NCBI GenBank assembly: GCA_049999805.1
Contig: JBNGIO010006371.1
Span: 169,747-212,949 of the forward strand
Reading direction: 5' to 3'
DNA length: 43,203 bases
DNA from: Folioceros fuciformis
Lineage: Eukaryota
Under the pieces are notes generated by a model that worked only from the letters and a program-made list of their open reading frames with translations, made no database searches and was not told the origin of the DNA. The position numbers were made by a program, and so were the translations under genes. Shown piece after piece: positions 16,089-27,747 of the stretch. Every line of letters starts with the position of its first letter. The stretch's first letter is position 1.

Positions 16089-17766
16089 CTACGAGGAGGA
16101 TGTGACCTTGAAGTCTCTTAACTGGGGAACGTTTACCCTTATGGATGGGCCCATGGTGCTGCACACATGGGCAGTTTTCCAGTATACTCCTTTGGCGCCG
16201 GTCGGCTTGTTACTGTCTACAGAATTCTGCACGACGTGAAACAGACCCCATTAGATGAGAATGAAAACATGTCAGGAAGGACATAACACATACCGTGTAC
16301 ACGTACCACAACAGCGATGAGATTCTCAAGCAAGTCATCGGGAGCAAAGCTGGTCTTGCCGAAGGGTATGTGCACGATGCCAGTCTTGTCTGCTCGGTAC
16401 TCAACCTTGCCAGCTTTGAATTCACCAATGGCCTAATACAAGAGCAAGAGTACATTAGTCAACCGCAAAACTGCACTTCAGGGATGTACATGCTTATCAT
16501 ACGTCCCTCCATCTCCCTCAATCAGAGGTGGAAGAAGGTCTACCTTTGTGAGATCCACGGTCACTGTACCAGCCTTTGGGTTAGGCATCAAGCCACGAGG
16601 ACCCAGCAGCCTTCCCAGCTTTGCAACCTGAAACCCAGCCAAGCCACCGAATGACACACTCAAATGCAAGCTCATGGCGCAAGGAGGCAAGCCTCTGGAG
16701 ATCCAACACAGATGCAGCTATTATGCCGTCTCGTTACCTTAGGCATCATGTCCGGAGTTGCAATCAGCTTGTCAAAGTCCATGAAACCACCTGCGATCTG
16801 CTCAATAAGCTCTTCTCCTCCAACCACATCGGCACCAGCATTCTTGGCCTCTCCTTGCTTTTCACCTGTTCACAGAAGCAAAGTAACTCAGATGATAACA
16901 CAAGTACATACGCATGGCTGAATACAGCCCCAGAAGCCGACCCCGAGCAGAGTATGACTTGCCTTGCGTAAGCACAGCCACCTTCACGGTCTGGCCAGTC
17001 CCCTTGGGTAGAGACACCTGCAACAGGACCAGTCACATCTCCTGTCAGGACGTCAACACCGGTATCCTTATCCCCAACCAGTGAAGAAAATGACCAAACC
17101 CACCGTGGCTCGGAGCTGTTGATCAGTGTACTTTGGGTCAAGGTTGAGACGAAAATGAGCCTCCGCTGTCTCCACAAACTTCAGAGTAGCTGTATCCTTG
17201 AGCAGCCGAATAGCAGTCGCAGGATCGTACTCCTCCTTCTTAGTCCTCAATTTTTGTATCTCCAAAAACCTCTTGGACCGAGTCTGCACATGCAACAAGA
17301 ACAACAGACAATGAGAACGCCATTCCGCACAATGGCGGGCATCGTCCCACATTGCAAGAATATGCGCAGAGCATCCAAACCGTCTCGGGCCATCTACCCT
17401 GTCGCTCTTGAACGGCAGAGCTGCCTTCCCGGTCTTAGGCTTCGAGGGCTTCACAACCGTCTGTGCCACCTCCTCATCACCCTCTGCGTCCGCCTCCAGC
17501 TCCTGAAACAGCGACGCAACAGCCTGCACCCGCGCCTTGGAGGCCACCTGCAGCCTCACATCCCGCCATGTCCTCCTCACAAGCACCACATCCACGCCCC
17601 GCACTTGCTTCGTCAGAAGCCTGCTCCTGAGGCCGGTGTGCGAGGGCACGCCCAGTCCCCTGGAGCTGGAAGCCGGCCCAGCCGCCGCAGCCGGCGTGCC
17701 ATTCAATCCCAGAGTCGAGAGCTTGGACGAGACATCGAGCAGCATGGACGCCGCCACACTGGTCAT
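16089..17766 (-). CDS. RPL1: Plastid 50S ribosomal protein uL1 with transit peptide, multi-exon
   Basis: [48 protein letters not shown]-terminus [23 protein letters not shown] at 16089-16091. Confidence 0.95.
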
Positions 17767-18091
17767 CGGAGACGCGATTCACACTCGGAGCAATCCCGCG
17801 CAGCACCGCTACCGCAGGCTCTGCTGCATCACAATCGCAGCGCCTTCCTGGAGCCAAAAATCCAGTGCGAAATGACGCAGGCCACAAGACGTCTTGCCGC
17901 GATTGGTCTCAATGGATTAGATGAGGTGCATTTTGTTGTGTGCTTTGTGCATGTAAGTGCGGGGCATCGTGATTGGTAAATATGGGAAACCAATTTGTTG
18001 GCTGCGTCGGCGGATGTGAGAGTGCGGCGAGCACTGACTGAATCTTTGCCCGCGACTGTGTCTGGACTACTTCGCGAAAGCCGTTACAGAA

Positions 18092-20140
18092 TTAAGAGGA
18101 AAATGAGAGGCCTTTCCATTTCTGCTTCCACCAACTGGCGGTGAAAATGCTGCCATGACCAAAGAAGGATTGCAAATATGAGAAGGCTGTCTTCTGCTCC
18201 GACCTTGCAGACTCGTCCTCGAGGGTTTTGTATGCTGCTGCCATGATGTACATGGCAGGATGGAGCCTGGAACATCAGAGAAGCATGGGGTGTTATCAAA
18301 CAGGCAGAGGATAGATAGGGGGTGGGTGACACACAGGGGTGAGATGCACTGACAATCCCAAGCGTTTCCCAGCCCACTCCTCTGGAAGTTCTGCTGCCTC
18401 CAGTGCTTTTTGATACTCTTCAGAGATGCGTTCCTCGGTACGACCGAAGATCTCGATATACCAGCCACCGACATTGTGAGTAGCACAACGTGGCTCGAAC
18501 AGCCAGTACCTTTGCCGTGAGCAGAAAGCATATGTTAGTGCCATGTGCAGCACCTGCCTGTGTGAGGCAGATATGTGGAATGACAGCAAGATACCTGCTT
18601 GGAGGCAAGCGAGCTCGCCGACTTCTGCATTCGCATCGAGCAGCGTCTCCGCTCACTCTGTACCACTGCATATGCTTCACCTGAACAAGAGACACCAGAA
18701 GAACCGATTTGCGGGATTTCAGAACCTGTTTGAGAGGAGGAGACTAATTACAAGGAAGGCAGGAATATGCAGAAGTGAGACGGGGGTGAGCTAGAGGTGA
18801 CATGCAGTTCCCTACCCACCATAGGTGTCCAATGCTGCAAAATGATGTGAGTTTTCTTCCCCTGGGCATCATGCACAACACAAGACCTGCTGGTTGATCC
18901 AATCCCATGAATTGTCCCCAAGAGGAGATCCGAAGTCGACTGCTCGTTGCAGGACATGGTTGCTGGTTCCTCAGACGGAACCTCCTGAACGGATTCTCCA
19001 CATAGCATCACCGAAATGTAATCCCGTGCAGGACTTTCCGAAGTACGTCTGCTTGCCCTCGCCACAACCTTTCCGAAAAGCAACAGCTCAAGATCGGCAA
19101 ACGCACCCGTCTCGTTCTTCTCAGTCAGGCGTACACCTCTGTGCTCCTCTTTACCACCTTTCACATCACTTGCTGAGCCGGTCGTGTTCTGTGTCCGATA
19201 ATCCGCCTCACCACTCACCTTGGGAAAGGCACGAACGGCTTTCTCCTCTTCAGAAAGGAACATGCCTCCTACCTCCCGAACAACCCCCAGAATCTCACGA
19301 CCAGAAACCAGATGCAGCACATCCAACACTCCACCTGGCTGTGCTCTCTCCTCCGCTTCAAAAAAATTGGGCAGCGTCTGTGACCTGACTGCCGGACCAA
19401 AATAGGCCTTTCTCAAAGCAGAGTGAACCTCCCCCCTCACACGTTCCTCAAAGCCACCACCTTTCCCCAACTGCGGGTGGTGGACTAGCTCTGCCACCAT
19501 CCACCTGTAATGCCTCAGCCATTCCACAACATCCGAGTCCCTGCCACTCGCATCCTGTCTACCCACAGCCACATCACGAACAGCTCCATGCTCCTCCTGG
19601 ACTGCGCCAGAACCCTCAGCCCGTAACTTGAGATGTGCATCATAGTGAGCTCTCTTCTCAGGATCTGACAAAATCTGCTTCAACGAACCAGCATCACAAT
19701 GTTACAGCTCACCCCATGCATCTCTGACAACCCTATTACGTCCCAAGGGCAATAGGAATCAAGGTGCATGCCTGGTAGGCTGCCAATATTCGGACAAAGG
19801 AAGCGGTACTTTGTTGCTGAGCGTCAGCAGGCTTCAAGTCAGGATGAGTCGCTTTGGCTAGGGCTCGATAGGCCGCCCGAATCTGGGCCGGAGAGCATTG
19901 CCTAGGGACGCCCAGAACATCATACGCAGTGGCAATTTTTTGCCGTCCCGACGTTGCTCCATGCTGTCCCCGGGTGGAGGAGAAACCGCTCCATGACTCC
20001 CAGAGGTAACCGTGACCAACCTTCCGATCTTCATCAGCATTACCACATCCTCCTAGCGCTGCCAAACCGCCCCTTCCATTCCACCAGGCTCTGCATCGTC
20101 CCGAGACTACAACTGAACTGATCCTGCACAGTGAACCCAT
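18092..20140 (-). CDS. Type III J-domain (DnaJ) protein with long C-terminal region, multi-exon, probably organelle-targeted
   Basis: AYDVLGV..YRALAKATHPD..ILAAYQ/ILSDPEKRAHYD; later exons WLFEPRCATHNVGGWYIE and LHPAMYIMAAAYKTL, ending TAA at 18092. Confidence 0.85.
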
Positions 20141-20741
20141 TCTCTACCTCCAACTATACACTGGATCTCCATCAAGCAAAACTCCCCGGTCCTTCCAGTC
20201 CCTGCAGCTCGCCCAACAAGACCGTCTGGAGGTACGGCAAACATGAAGTGAAAGGGAAAAAGATGATAGAACAAAATTTTAAAAATGTTACAATTTGTGC
20301 GCTTGTGTTTGTAATATATGGGATTCGATTGCGGCTCCGCAGTGGAGACCCGGATTCGATACCTAGATGTCGTATGCAATGTCAAATTCTTTCTCAAAAA
20401 CATTTTTTAAATGTAATTAAAACTTTGGGGCACTGGAAAGCCGAATCCACTAGCAAACTCCGGGCTCGGTGCTCTCCTGAGAACAAATGGGGCACATGTT
20501 CTGTAGTGTTCCGGACTGGAGTGGGACTGGTCTGGATTGCCGCCTCGCAGGTTACAGCAAATGGCAACTGGGGGTGCAATGGTTTGGACCTGGTGAAGGC
20601 AGCTGATGGTGATGCTGATTGCCCTGCCCCGGCTCACTCTGCTTCCTCACAGCCCTGTGCGGCTCGGGTTTGCTAGGCGCTAGGGTTGGGCTTCTGCAGG
20701 GGTTGGCATTCAGATCTCTGTCTGGGCGGAGCGGGGCAGGC

Positions 20742-21566
20742 ATGGCGTACGCGGACGATGAGCAGAGTGAGGACTACCTGTTCAAGGTCGTCCTCATTGG
20801 CGACTCTGCGGTGGGAAAGTCCAATCTGCTCTCCAGGTACGCGCGCAACGAGTTTCACTTCAATTCCAAGGCCACCATTGGGGTGGAGTTCCAGACGCAG
20901 AGCATGGAGCTGGACGGCAAGGAGATCAAGGCCCAGATCTGGGACACCGCCGGCCAGGAGCGCTTCCGGGCGGTCACCTCCGCCTACTACAGGGGTGCCG
21001 TGGGTGCGCTCATAGTCTACGACATCAGCCGCAAGCAGACGTTTGAGAACGTGGCACGCTGGCTGGAGGAGCTTCGAAGTGAGTATACCTGCCTCTCTGC
21101 CTGCCTGCCAGCTAGCCAGCTCTCGCTTGCAAGCGTGTGTGGAATGTATGCTGTAGGAACAGATTGTTCACTTCCTCTAACTGATTGCTATCTCGAACCG
21201 GATTCGCGTTGCATTGCGTGTTGCTGTGCAGTGCATTCGGACATGAGCGTGGTGGTAATGCTTGTCGGCAACAAATGTGATCTCAAAAACATCAGGGAAG
21301 TGTCGGAGGAGGAGGGCACGGCGCTCGCCGAATCGGAGAACATGTTCTTCATCGAGACTTCGGCGTTGGACTCCACCAACGTGACCAATGCGTTCCAGAC
21401 TGTGGTGAAGGAGATCTACAGCGTAGTTAGTAGGAAGGTTTTAGCCGCAGATACGCAAAAGACGGACACGGTGCCCAGTGGGAGCCAGCGGATTACCAAC
21501 TTGGAAGAAGACGGTAGTAAACTGCAGGATGCCCGCAAGAAAGGGGGTTGCTGCTCGAGCGCTTGA
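20742..21566 (+). CDS. RABA5: Rab11-family GTPase, RabA5-like; intron 21079-21231
   Basis: [44 protein letters not shown]-terminal CCSSA prenylation motif. Confidence 0.93.
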   Translation: MAYADDEQSEDYLFKVVLIGDSAVGKSNLLSRYARNEFHFNSKATIGVEFQTQSMELDGKEIKAQIWDTAGQERFRAVTSAYYRGAVGALIVYDISRKQTFENVARWLEELRSEYTCLSACLPASQLSLASVCGMYAVGTDCSLPLTDCYLEPDSRCIACCCAVHSDMSVVVMLVGNKCDLKNIREVSEEEGTALAESENMFFIETSALDSTNVTNAFQTVVKEIYSVVSRKVLAADTQKTDTVPSGSQRITNLEEDGSKLQDARKKGGCCSSA

Positions 21567-22411
21567 TAACTTTTTTTCTCTGCGCTTGCCACGGCTCAAG
21601 GCTCATTGGACTGGTGTACTTGGATGTTTGAAGACCTGCAGTTCACAGCCTTGGTAGCAAGCTGAACCAGCCATAGCATTCTTTGCAGCAGCGACTCAGT
21701 TTTGTGGATTGAGGAGGATGCTTGTTCATAATCCCCCGACCTTGGTTCTAGATTCTCTCTTCTCGAGGTTTGCTGCCACTCCTCCTTGTACTCAAGCAGG
21801 GCCTGTGCTGCTGCGCTGCCATGTAGTGATATTTAACTTTTAGTCCGGATCAGTTCACCTTTCTAGGAGTTTGCTCGTGTAAGTGCCAAATCGGTAGTAG
21901 CTTTGCGTCCCCTTGGCTGCATGTCGTTCCCTGTCTCCCTTGAAGTGCACTCTCCCTCAGGTCAAGGGGTAGCGATGAGATTGCTTCCTCAACCAATCCA
22001 AGGTCTGTGTCGACTCGGACTCACTGATTGGTAGACAGCCAGGTGCAGTGTTCTGGGACCAACATTTAACGCTATTACATTTAATGCTAAGGCGCAGCAT
22101 TCCTCACATGGGGCAGCGCATTTGTAGTCAAGTCCGTCCAACGTGAGAAGCCTGCCATACGCGCTAGCTGGTTCCCACGTTGTCCAGAAGGAAATGCGAC
22201 TCAGGAGTCGCGACATAATAGGAGAGCGCCAGACNNNNNNNNNNNNNNNNNNNNNNNNNNNNNNNNNNNNNNNNNNNNNNNNNNNNNNNNNNNNNNNNNN
22301 NNNNNNNNNNNNNNNNNNNNNNNNNNNNNNNNNNAGAAAAAGTGAGACTGAAATTTTTATTTTTATTAAATTATTACCCTTGGATTTTCATTCCTAATAT
22401 TTTTTATCTCT

Positions 22412-22714
22412 CTCAAACTTCGTGATGCAAAATAAAAAAAGGCCAATTTATTCTCAAATTTTCATAATGCGAAATAACAAAAAGGGTAACTACAACAAGT
22501 GCTCAAATTTTCATGATGTGAAATCACAAAAGGCATATGCGAAATAGCAAAAGGCCTATCTACAACGAGTGCTCAAAATTTCATGATGTGAAATAACAAA
22601 GTGCCTATCTACAACTAGTACTCAAAATTTCATGATGCGAAATAATAAAAAGCCTATCTCTACAAACAGTGCTCAAAATTTCATGATACGAAATAATAAA
22701 AGGCCTAGGTACAA
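22412..22714. repeat. ~50-bp AT-rich minisatellite, ~6 copies, next to an assembly gap
   Basis: Unit gtgctcaaaatttcatgatgYgaaataacaaaaggcctatctacaacNa. Confidence 0.85.
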
Positions 22715-23081
22715 TGGATGTTCCATGCACGACATAACCTTTTTTTTAAAAACCTAGAAGTTATTTTGCATCCAAAACGAGCCTTGTCTTTGAGAAGTGG
22801 AGTTTGTCCAAACAACCCAAGCAGGGCCAAAGGCTAAAGAGGCACTAGCCCCTTTGAACATCATTTTCAAAAACTACCTACTACTCCTAAACTACCTACT
22901 CCTCCAAATTATGTTGCACAACGATTTCAGTGGCAATAGTAGATTTTAGTGTTTAAGCCGCAGGTTTTTTTTGTGAGGGTGTTTGGCTGATGGTGTTCCA
23001 ATCCTAAATGTGAGATTGTTTTGCCAATTGTTTTGTTTTTTTTTAATGTTGCTTAGAAAGGTCTCTTACTTAAGAGAAGGG

Positions 23082-23120
23082 GCACCCCTTGTTTAAGTAG
23101 AGAAGTTAAACAAGGGGTGC
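23082..23120. repeat. Perfect 15-bp inverted repeat with 9-nt spacer
   Basis: gcaccccttgtttaa-gtagagaag-ttaaacaaggggtgc. Confidence 0.9.
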
Positions 23121-24226
23121 GCAAACCGATCGTATTCAAAGCTCATTTGGTACAGTTTAAAGACAAGGATATCCGATTTAGTCATTCATTTTTAAGCATG
23201 TTTCCCAAAAACTAGTTTCGTTGGACATGTCTATTTTTTAACTTGTCTTATTTTTTTCAATTAAATAATGATGACTTTGTTGTGGCTACTATCATCGGCC
23301 TATTCAAACAATGATATCATCTTTTGTTTTATAATGTATCACTTAACAATAATGGCAAAACAAAACGATAATAATGATAAAACAAAGGGATTTATTGGCT
23401 CGTCCATGTTTTTAAATATACATAATGTATTTAACAATGCATAGTACAAAAACTAGTTAGAATATCTATTTCTAACTTAAGGTTAATATATGGATGGTGC
23501 AGAGTCTTATAGGTCTTATATATTACCACCAATACAAGGTTTAGGAGGGTTTGCTATAAGGATATGTATGCAAAGGTGGTAGCCCAAATATTCCCCCATC
23601 TCAATACACAAAACCGTACACTTTTGAAAAGGTCAAGATTTGTATTGCCCTTGCAAGGGCTGTAGGCAAAGAGTTTTTAAGACAATTCAAGGATTGTGTC
23701 CAAGCTTATTAGAATCGCAAGAATGGATTTCTTCTCCTTTCCTTGGGTAGTTAAATAGGAATAGTGTGGAGGCGTGGGGTGGATTTTTGCGAGATTCTTG
23801 AATGGAAACTGTGTTTTCTTTTTAATCTTTACGTACCTTATACGTGTCTTGTACCGTGGTTTGATTCTGAAAGAATAAAAATGCTTTAGTAGTGGATGTG
23901 TCATCCCGTCAAACAGTGGGGCAAGTTGGGTGGAAGTTGACCAGAGTTGGCGCCGAGCCAGGCTGGCCTTCCTGGTAATGGGGTTGTCAGTGGCCAGCGT
24001 TTTCTCCAGGAGCAGGAGCAGGAGCAACCCTGCGACCAGCTGCAGCCGGCTGGGCCCTGGTGGGCGCTTGATGCCTGTGAGGTGTTGCCAGCGCTCGCTC
24101 ACGCATTGCAGGCCCTGACATTCATGAGCGGCTCCTTCCTGGCTCTGCTTTGCCAAGGTGCGGATAGCGTGCGATTGGCGAGGCGGGGGAGAAGGCGGGA
24201 GGCGTTGAGCTTGCGAGGGTCTGGCC

Positions 24227-26827
24227 ATGGCGGGGCCAAGAAAATGCGCTGTCCTACTTTCTCTGCTTGTTCCGATCCTCCTCTGTCTCCTGCTCCCGAT
24301 CGGGAAGGTTGATGCGGCCGTGGTGAACTTCACGGCCACCAGCGTGCTTCTGGACTGCGGGGCTAACTCGACAACCACAGCCAGCACGGGGTTCGTCTGG
24401 ACAGGGGACGAGGGCACCGGGTACGTGAGCTTGGGCCAGATCGGGGCCGCGGACGCTAGCTCCTCGAGTCTGCTGAGCAACACGCTGGATGCGGCGCTCT
24501 ACCGCACTGCCAGGTTTTTTTCCGCCAAGGGATCCTACTCTTTCAAGGTGGCCCCCGGGAGGTACTGGCTACGGCTGCATTTTGTGGCTTTCGCTTCTGG
24601 GCAGTTTGATCCGGCCAAGTCCCTCTTTTCCGTGATCGCTGATCAGTACTCGCTGCTCTCCAACTTCACTGGGGTGGCTGCGAATATGAACGTCAACCCG
24701 CTTGTGTTCAAGGAGTATTCTTTCAACATTTCCGGGAACAGCTTCAGCGTCACCTTCGATCCGGTTGCGGGGTGTTATGCTTTCGTGAACGCATTGGAGC
24801 TGGTGTCCATGCCCTCTTCAGACTTCTATGGGGACGACGCCTCGTATGCCCTACAGACGGTGTCGATAGGCGTGCCGGGGTTCGCTTTGCAGACGATGTA
24901 CAGGCTAAATGTGGGAGGGCAGAGAGTGGGTCCTGCTCAGGACTCTGGTTTGAGCAGGATCTGGGAGTCGGATGAATCGTACATTTGGGGTGCGGCTAGG
25001 GGTCTTGTTCCGCCTCCGGCTGCTCCTGCCGACATTGTGTACCCTGCTAATTTGCCAGAGTACACCGCTCCGAGGTCGGTTTACAGCACGGCCCGCACCA
25101 TTGGCTTAGATGTCTCCACTAGAGTGAACATCAGCTGGATCTTCGATGTGGACTCAGGGTTCTTCTACTATGTGCGTCTACATTTCGCTGAGATTCAGTA
25201 CACTGCCGTCAACCAGCGGGTGTTCAATGTGTTCCTGAACAATGCCACTGCCACGCTAAACTTGGATCTTATTCTGCAGCTGACTACACCTGATACGGCA
25301 TGGTACAAGGACTATCTTGTTAACATGCTCAATGCCACGGATCCGACATTGTGGGTGCAGATTGGGCCAACGGGAACCAACCAGCAGCGTTACGATGCTA
25401 TTCTTAACGGCATTGAGATCTTGAAGCTGAACAACTCCGTGTCGAGCTTGGCAGGTGCTGGTGTTGCCTTGGTTCCGGCTACCGAATTGATTCCTGTCAG
25501 CAAGAGTAGCAGCAGTGTTTTGACTGTGGTTGGAGCGGTGGTGGGGGCTGTGGCGGTTGTGGCGGTGCTGGGGGTGGTGGCACTGCTTTGCTACCGTGCA
25601 AGGAAAGGGAAGAAGGAGAAGGGTGACAGTAGTCCGACATGGCTGCCGCTGGCTTCTCATGGAGGCAACTCTACCAGTACTGCTAGCAAGGTTTCCACTA
25701 TGTCTCTGAAGAGTGGTACTGGGAGCTATGTGTCCTCTGTGCCGTCCAGTCTGGGCCGGTATTTCACCTTCGCAGAGCTGCAGGAGGCAACCAACAACTT
25801 CGACGAGATGCTGCTGCTGGGGGTCGGTGGGTTCGGGAAGGTGTACCGGGGGCAGCTCGAGGATGGCACCAAGGTGGCTGTGAAGAGGGGCAACCCTCGC
25901 TCGGAGCAGGGGATGACTGAGTTCCAGACTGAGATCGAGATGCTCTCCAAGCTGAGGCACCGACATCTGGTGTCCCTTATTGGGTACTGCGAGGAGCACT
26001 CGGAGATGATCCTGGTGTACGACTACATGGCCAACGGGCCTCTTCGGGGCCATCTGTACGGTTCCGATATGCCGGCTCTCTCCTGGCGGCAGAGGCTGGA
26101 GATTTGCATCGGTGCGGCCAGGGGCCTGCATTATCTCCACACTGGTGCAGAACAGGGCATCATCCACAGGGACGTGAAGACTACTAATATTCTCCTGGAT
26201 GAGAACTTTGTGGCCAAGGTTGCGGATTTCGGGCTGTCCAAAACTGGGCCTACCTTGGACCGCACTCACGTGAGCACTGCTGTGAAGGGAAGTTTTGGCT
26301 ACCTTGATCCTGAGTACTTCCGGAGGCAGCAGCTGACAGAGAAGAGCGATGTGTACTCTTTCGGTGTTGTGTTGATGGAGGTGCTTTGTGCCAGGCCAGC
26401 AATCAATCCTGCACTCCCCAGGGAGCAGGTGAACATGGCTGAGTGGGTCATGCATTGGCAGAGATTGGGGATGCTGGACCAGGTAATCGATCCCAAGCTG
26501 AAGGGTTACTGCAACCCGGAGTCACTGAAGAAGTTTGGAGAAATAGCCGAGAAGTGTCTGCAAGAGCAGGGCATTGACAGGCCATCCATGGGAGACGTGC
26601 TGTGGAATCTTGAGTACGCCCTTCAGCTCCAGGAGACCTCCATTGAGAACCATTTGATGGAAGACAGCGTGAATCGGAGCATGGAGCTGCCCCTTCGCCC
26701 AGCTGGGCTGGGCAGCTCCGATGTCACCAACGCCACTGACAGTCAGAGCCTGGGGAGCCAAGTGGACTCTGAAGACGTGAACTCCAGTGCGGTGTTTTCA
26801 CAGTTGGTAAATCCCCAGGGCAGGTGA
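24227..26827 (+). CDS. Intronless CrRLK1L malectin-like receptor kinase (THESEUS1/FERONIA family)
   Basis: Signal peptide, LLDCG..LYRTARFF, YRLNVGG, YYVRLHFAE, AILNGIEILKL, TM, kinase VAVKRGNPRSEQG, HRDVKTTN, C-terminus SAVFSQLVNPQGR. Confidence 0.96.
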   Translation: MAGPRKCAVLLSLLVPILLCLLLPIGKVDAAVVNFTATSVLLDCGANSTTTASTGFVWTGDEGTGYVSLGQIGAADASSSSLLSNTLDAALYRTARFFSAKGSYSFKVAPGRYWLRLHFVAFASGQFDPAKSLFSVIADQYSLLSNFTGVAANMNVNPLVFKEYSFNISGNSFSVTFDPVAGCYAFVNALELVSMPSSDFYGDDASYALQTVSIGVPGFALQTMYRLNVGGQRVGPAQDSGLSRIWESDESYIWGAARGLVPPPAAPADIVYPANLPEYTAPRSVYSTARTIGLDVSTRVNISWIFDVDSGFFYYVRLHFAEIQYTAVNQRVFNVFLNNATATLNLDLILQLTTPDTAWYKDYLVNMLNATDPTLWVQIGPTGTNQQRYDAILNGIEILKLNNSVSSLAGAGVALVPATELIPVSKSSSSVLTVVGAVVGAVAVVAVLGVVALLCYRARKGKKEKGDSSPTWLPLASHGGNSTSTASKVSTMSLKSGTGSYVSSVPSSLGRYFTFAELQEATNNFDEMLLLGVGGFGKVYRGQLEDGTKVAVKRGNPRSEQGMTEFQTEIEMLSKLRHRHLVSLIGYCEEHSEMILVYDYMANGPLRGHLYGSDMPALSWRQRLEICIGAARGLHYLHTGAEQGIIHRDVKTTNILLDENFVAKVADFGLSKTGPTLDRTHVSTAVKGSFGYLDPEYFRRQQLTEKSDVYSFGVVLMEVLCARPAINPALPREQVNMAEWVMHWQRLGMLDQVIDPKLKGYCNPESLKKFGEIAEKCLQEQGIDRPSMGDVLWNLEYALQLQETSIENHLMEDSVNRSMELPLRPAGLGSSDVTNATDSQSLGSQVDSEDVNSSAVFSQLVNPQGR

Positions 26828-27747
26828 AAGACTTCTGCTTTCTAGTGTCGCGGATGGGTCATGGATTTCTTTGTAGTCCGATGTGATTTTGCTTGCCGGG
26901 AGGAGTTGGAGTCCCTCGGTCACTCCCACCGGCAGTCAAAATCACTTTGGTGGACTTTATGGTTGGTCTTTGCATTGTCAGGCTACATTGAAGGTGCCCA
27001 TCCAGACGATGGGCCCCCTCTGAAGTAGCTAAGAGTGGAGTTTATTGCAGGGAGGTGTATTATAGGGAGGGAGGAACTGTAGGGGAGGGAATAAGTGTGC
27101 TCTGCTACACAAACCTTGGTACAGCAGTGGAAAGGAGAGACTCCTTGCCCATGCTCATTTTGTTTTGTCTGTAGGTCAAGAGTTTTCTACCTCGAAGTGT
27201 CCTGGCTGTCAAGTTAGACTCTTCACTATGCTTAGATAGAAGCTTCGCTGTAAGCATTGTTGTCCAATTGGTTAAACCTTCTCTCGAGAACCCTCACATT
27301 GCTTCATCTTCTCCCTCACCCACGAGGAAGATCGTACCTGCTTACACTGCTTTACCCGAGATTGACAGACATCACCAAGCGCCATGTGCGTTGGGGAGGT
27401 ATGTTGAAGCCTGACACGACCTGGGACATGGAGATGTCCGCGCACGGGAATGCCATTATATTATCCATGAGTCGCGACCAAAAGGCGCTCAGTCCTGGGA
27501 CATGGCACTCAACTTCAGCGTGTTTAATTGCCGACAAATAGTAACAAATCATGGTAAACTAATCCCATCTATGTCGCAAGTCCCATTGCCTAATTTCATA
27601 CCAGCTGAACGAACTTTCAGTGGCTGTGTCCAAACTGTGGGAGGACCAATATGTATTTCCGAGAGGTACTACGATGTGTAATGCATCACGGGTTGCAGAT
27701 ATTTGAGTGCAAACCAATCTTGCTTGTTGCTGTCCAGCGATTCATCG

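Noticed and set aside
18585..18594. GTATCTT donor resembling a U12 site in the DnaJ gene
   Set aside because: Does not match GTATCCTT, and the intron has a U2-type CACTAAC branch point
20329..20370. tRNA T-arm-like string gtggagacccggattcgatacctag
   Set aside because: No D-arm/A-box or acceptor stem could be folded; at most a degenerate fragment
20619..20741. N-terminal extensions in the ORF track for RabA5 (and for CYP97C at 32963-33064)
   Set aside because: Homology and plausible targeting sequence begin at the downstream ATGs; the extensions are probably 5' UTR
21079..21231. Stop-free, in-frame introns in RabA5 (also one each in RPL1 and TrpRS)
   Set aside because: With dozens of short introns a few are expected by chance; retention would disrupt conserved folds
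22412..22714. CRISPR-like appearance of regular repeats
   Set aside because: Tandem units without unique spacers, eukaryotic context, no cas genes
25256..26455. 399-aa antisense ORF within CrRLK1L
   Set aside because: Shadow frame of a GC3-rich coding strand; no motifs
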